Shown: piece by piece, positions 61,308 to 64,000 of the stretch
How the letters are laid out: every line of letters starts with the position of its first letter
Numbering within the stretch: the stretch's first letter is position 1
NCBI RefSeq assembly: GCF_018977255.1
Contig: NW_024704743.1
Location: 34,474,001 to 34,538,000, forward strand
Direction: 5' to 3'
DNA from: Callorhinchus milii
Taxonomy: Eukaryota
Length of the DNA: 64,000 nucleotides
Made by a program: the position numbers and the translations under genes
Notes under the pieces: generated by a model
Seen by the model: only the letters and a program-made list of their open reading frames with translations
Told to the model about the DNA's origin: nothing
Database searches by the model: none

Positions 61308-64000
61308 CCCCCCCACACCAACACCTCAACATCGCCAGGCTCCACCACTGGCTCACACCGCAGGTCGCCAACACCCTGATACACGCATCCATAACATCCA
61401 GGCTTGACTACACAAACTTCCTGCTTGTCGGCCTCCCCAACTCCTCTCTCCATAGGCTCTTGATCATCCAGAACTCGGCAGTCCATATCCTCTCCTGCAC
61501 CAGTTTCCGCAAAATTATCACAACCATCCTCGCCCGACTCCATTGGCTTCCCATCACACAGAGGATACAGTTCAAGATCCTGGTCCTCACCTTCAAAGCC
61601 CTCCATGGCCTTGCTCCCCCCTACATCCATGACCTTCTAAACCCTTCCGCTCAGCGGACTCCGGCCTGCTGAACGTCCCCTGCCTTGACCGTCACACCAT
61701 AGGCAGGCAGGCCTTCTCTGCCCCCACCCTCTGGAACTCCGTCCCGCAGTCCCTCCGCCTTGCCCCCCTCCCTTGCCTCCTTCAAGACACATCTCAAGAC
61801 CATCCTCTTCGACGTGCTTTCGGTCACCCTCCTTCTCCCCACGGCTCTCCACCCTCCCCAACCCCAACCTCAGCTCGGGTCCGAAACACTGATTGTCCAG
61901 CACCTTGGTACGTCCTCCTGACTTGAAAGACACTACACAAATGTAATTTTATTGTTGTTGTTTTGGAGCCTCAGGTTCTTGCAAGATAGTTAGAAAGGGA
62001 AGATGAATATTTTTGATTTTTTTAAAGAATGTTACACTGTAGTGAGTGTCTTCTTTATACTGGGATGGAGAATGACAAGCGTAACTTTGCTGTGATAACA
62101 TTTTAACAATAATTATTATTTAATAACAATAAAACTAATAACACAACAATAATTAATCCTTACATTTGATATATATATATATAGCACGTTTGAAGTCATG
62201 AGGATGTCTCAAAGTGCTTCACTATAGAGTGCAGTCACTGTATTTTTTGGGGGCTAACGCTTATCACCATGTTGTTTGTTGATTACTCACTGTTGATTTT
62301 GTCTCTCATTGTTCTGGTAACAGGTCCTCCACTTTGACCAAGTAGCTGATCTCCACTCTGGATTCCCGACACGGCAATCTGACATCAACAAAGCTGGTGC
62401 TCTGTCAGTGCTGAAAACCACCAAATGGTTGTATAGAGAAAAAAACTTTAATTTCCTTGAAGTGAGATGAAGGTTATAATGGAGATGTTGGAGCAGGATG
62501 GCAAAGCATCAGTTGCCTCACACTGTTGGCATTAGATATTTCAACTTGCTTGTTACTTATAAATTTAGTGTGTTCAATAATTTTCTTCCAATTGCTCTCT
62601 TCTCCTGGTCACGTCTCCTCAGATTGGGATGTAGTTCTACAGGTGCTGGTTGTCCACCAGACCCTGATCGAGAGGCCATTGTTAATGTGTGAGCCTTGGC
62701 AGTGAATGCCAGCAGTCACTTGACTGTAAAGGGTGTCAAAGAAAAGCATGACCTCTAGTCACCTGGCTACCACAGACGTGCACAACCAATACAAACACCA
62801 AGAGCAGGAACTTGGCTGGTTTCCTCCTCACTAACCTTGAGAAAGTTGGGGGACAATTTAACTTCCACATTTAGACCTTTCAGTCAGTTAGCTGCAGCTT
62901 CTATCCATTTACATCATCAGCGCCAACCAGCAGCAATTCTGGGTAGTAGCAACTCTTAGACCATGCAAAGGGATAATAATAATCCTTGCATATAGTGCCT
63001 TATCAGGTCTTCGAGACATCTCAAAGCGCTTCCCAGAATATACAACAACAACTACAAGATTCCATTTATAGAGCGCCTTTCACGTCGGGAGGACGTCCCA
63101 AAGCGCTGGACAGTTGGGTCAGGACCCGAGCAGGGGGTAAATGGTCAGGGTGAGGGGAGGAAAGGGAGGGAGCGAAGAGGGGGAAAATGGTCAGGGTGAG
63201 GGGAGGAAAGGGAGGGAGCGAGGAAGGGGGGAAATGGTCGGGGTGAGGGGAGGGAACGAGGAGGGGAAAATGGTCAGGGTGAGGGGAGGTAAGGGAGGGG
63301 GCGAGGAGGGGGTAGAGAGTTTAGAGGGGAGCTGAAGGCACGGTCAAAGAGAAAGGTCTTGAGACCGGCCTTGAAGGAAGAAAGGGAGGAGGCGGCGAAG
63401 CCACTGGGGGATAGAGTTCCAGAGCCTCGGGGCTGAGAGGCTGAAGGCCCGGCCACCGATGGTAGGGCGGTTGGGGCGGCGGATGTGGAGCAGACCGGAG
63501 CCAGAGGAACGGAGGGTACGGGCAGGTAGATAGGGGGATAGTAGGTCGAAGAGGTAGGAGGGATCAAAGCCGTGAATGGCCTTGTAGGTGAGGATGAGGA
63601 TCTTGAATTCGATCCTCTGGGGGATGGGGAGCCAGTGGAGACGAGCGAGGGTGGAAGTGATGTGGTCGCGTATACTATAAAGACAACTGACTGTATAGTT
63701 TGTGGGCAAAATGCTGCAGCCAATTGCTCACAGCAGTGTCCCACAAACAGTCGTGAATTGAGTAACCAAATTATTATTTTTTTTGGAAGGGATTTTTACC
63801 CCCAGAATAGCCATCTGCCAACCGACTAACAACTGGATTGCTACGTACTGCTAGGTAAACAGAGACATGGGGAGCAAGAAAACTTTCCTAAGGTTTCTTA
63901 GGACTCCAGAATGGCTATTTTGTGGTGATCTATGGTGCTCCTTCGTGAAACAGATCCTGCATAGATCATCAATTGTTTTTTTCCGAAAAGGCAAAATATT
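61308..64000 (+). repeat. Segmental duplication, copy 2 (runs off the window end); contains L2(+), L2(-) and SINE copies
   Basis: ORF pairs 50693/62498, 51468/63274 and 51766/63572 are near-identical. Confidence 0.96.

Overview
Vertebrate genomic DNA. The repeat set (CR1 and L2 LINEs, tRNA-headed CORE-type and Deu-type SINEs) suggests a cartilaginous fish, possibly a chimaera; this is an inference. The one well-supported gene is a complete ELOVL2 (PUFA elongase 2) on the minus strand. I reconstructed 8 coding exons by hand: 42135-42152, 20832-20895, 14902-15089, 7157-7234, 6218-6389, 4587-4711, 4214-4348 and 3783-3905. All introns are GT-AG and phase-consistent, giving 903 nt and 300 aa, with the HxxHH motif, the ELOVL2-type Cys and a C-terminal lysine ER-retrieval signal. 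Exon 1 lies in a CpG island at about 41.4-42.7 kb. The rest is intron and intergenic DNA full of decayed, often nested retroelements, a few MITEs, two minisatellites and a recent segmental duplication (about 49.5-52.2 kb repeated from about 61.3 kb to the window end). Nearly all ORFs in the supplied track are spurious or LINE remnants. I cannot support a new multi-gene system. The best leads are smaller: two long inverted repeats each about 130 nt from an ELOVL2 splice site, a candidate poison exon, an N-terminally extended exon 1, a hAT MITE carrying CTCF-like motifs, modular SINEs, and the duplication with its uneven divergence and minisatellite-like junction. Repeat boundaries were judged by eye and are approximate.
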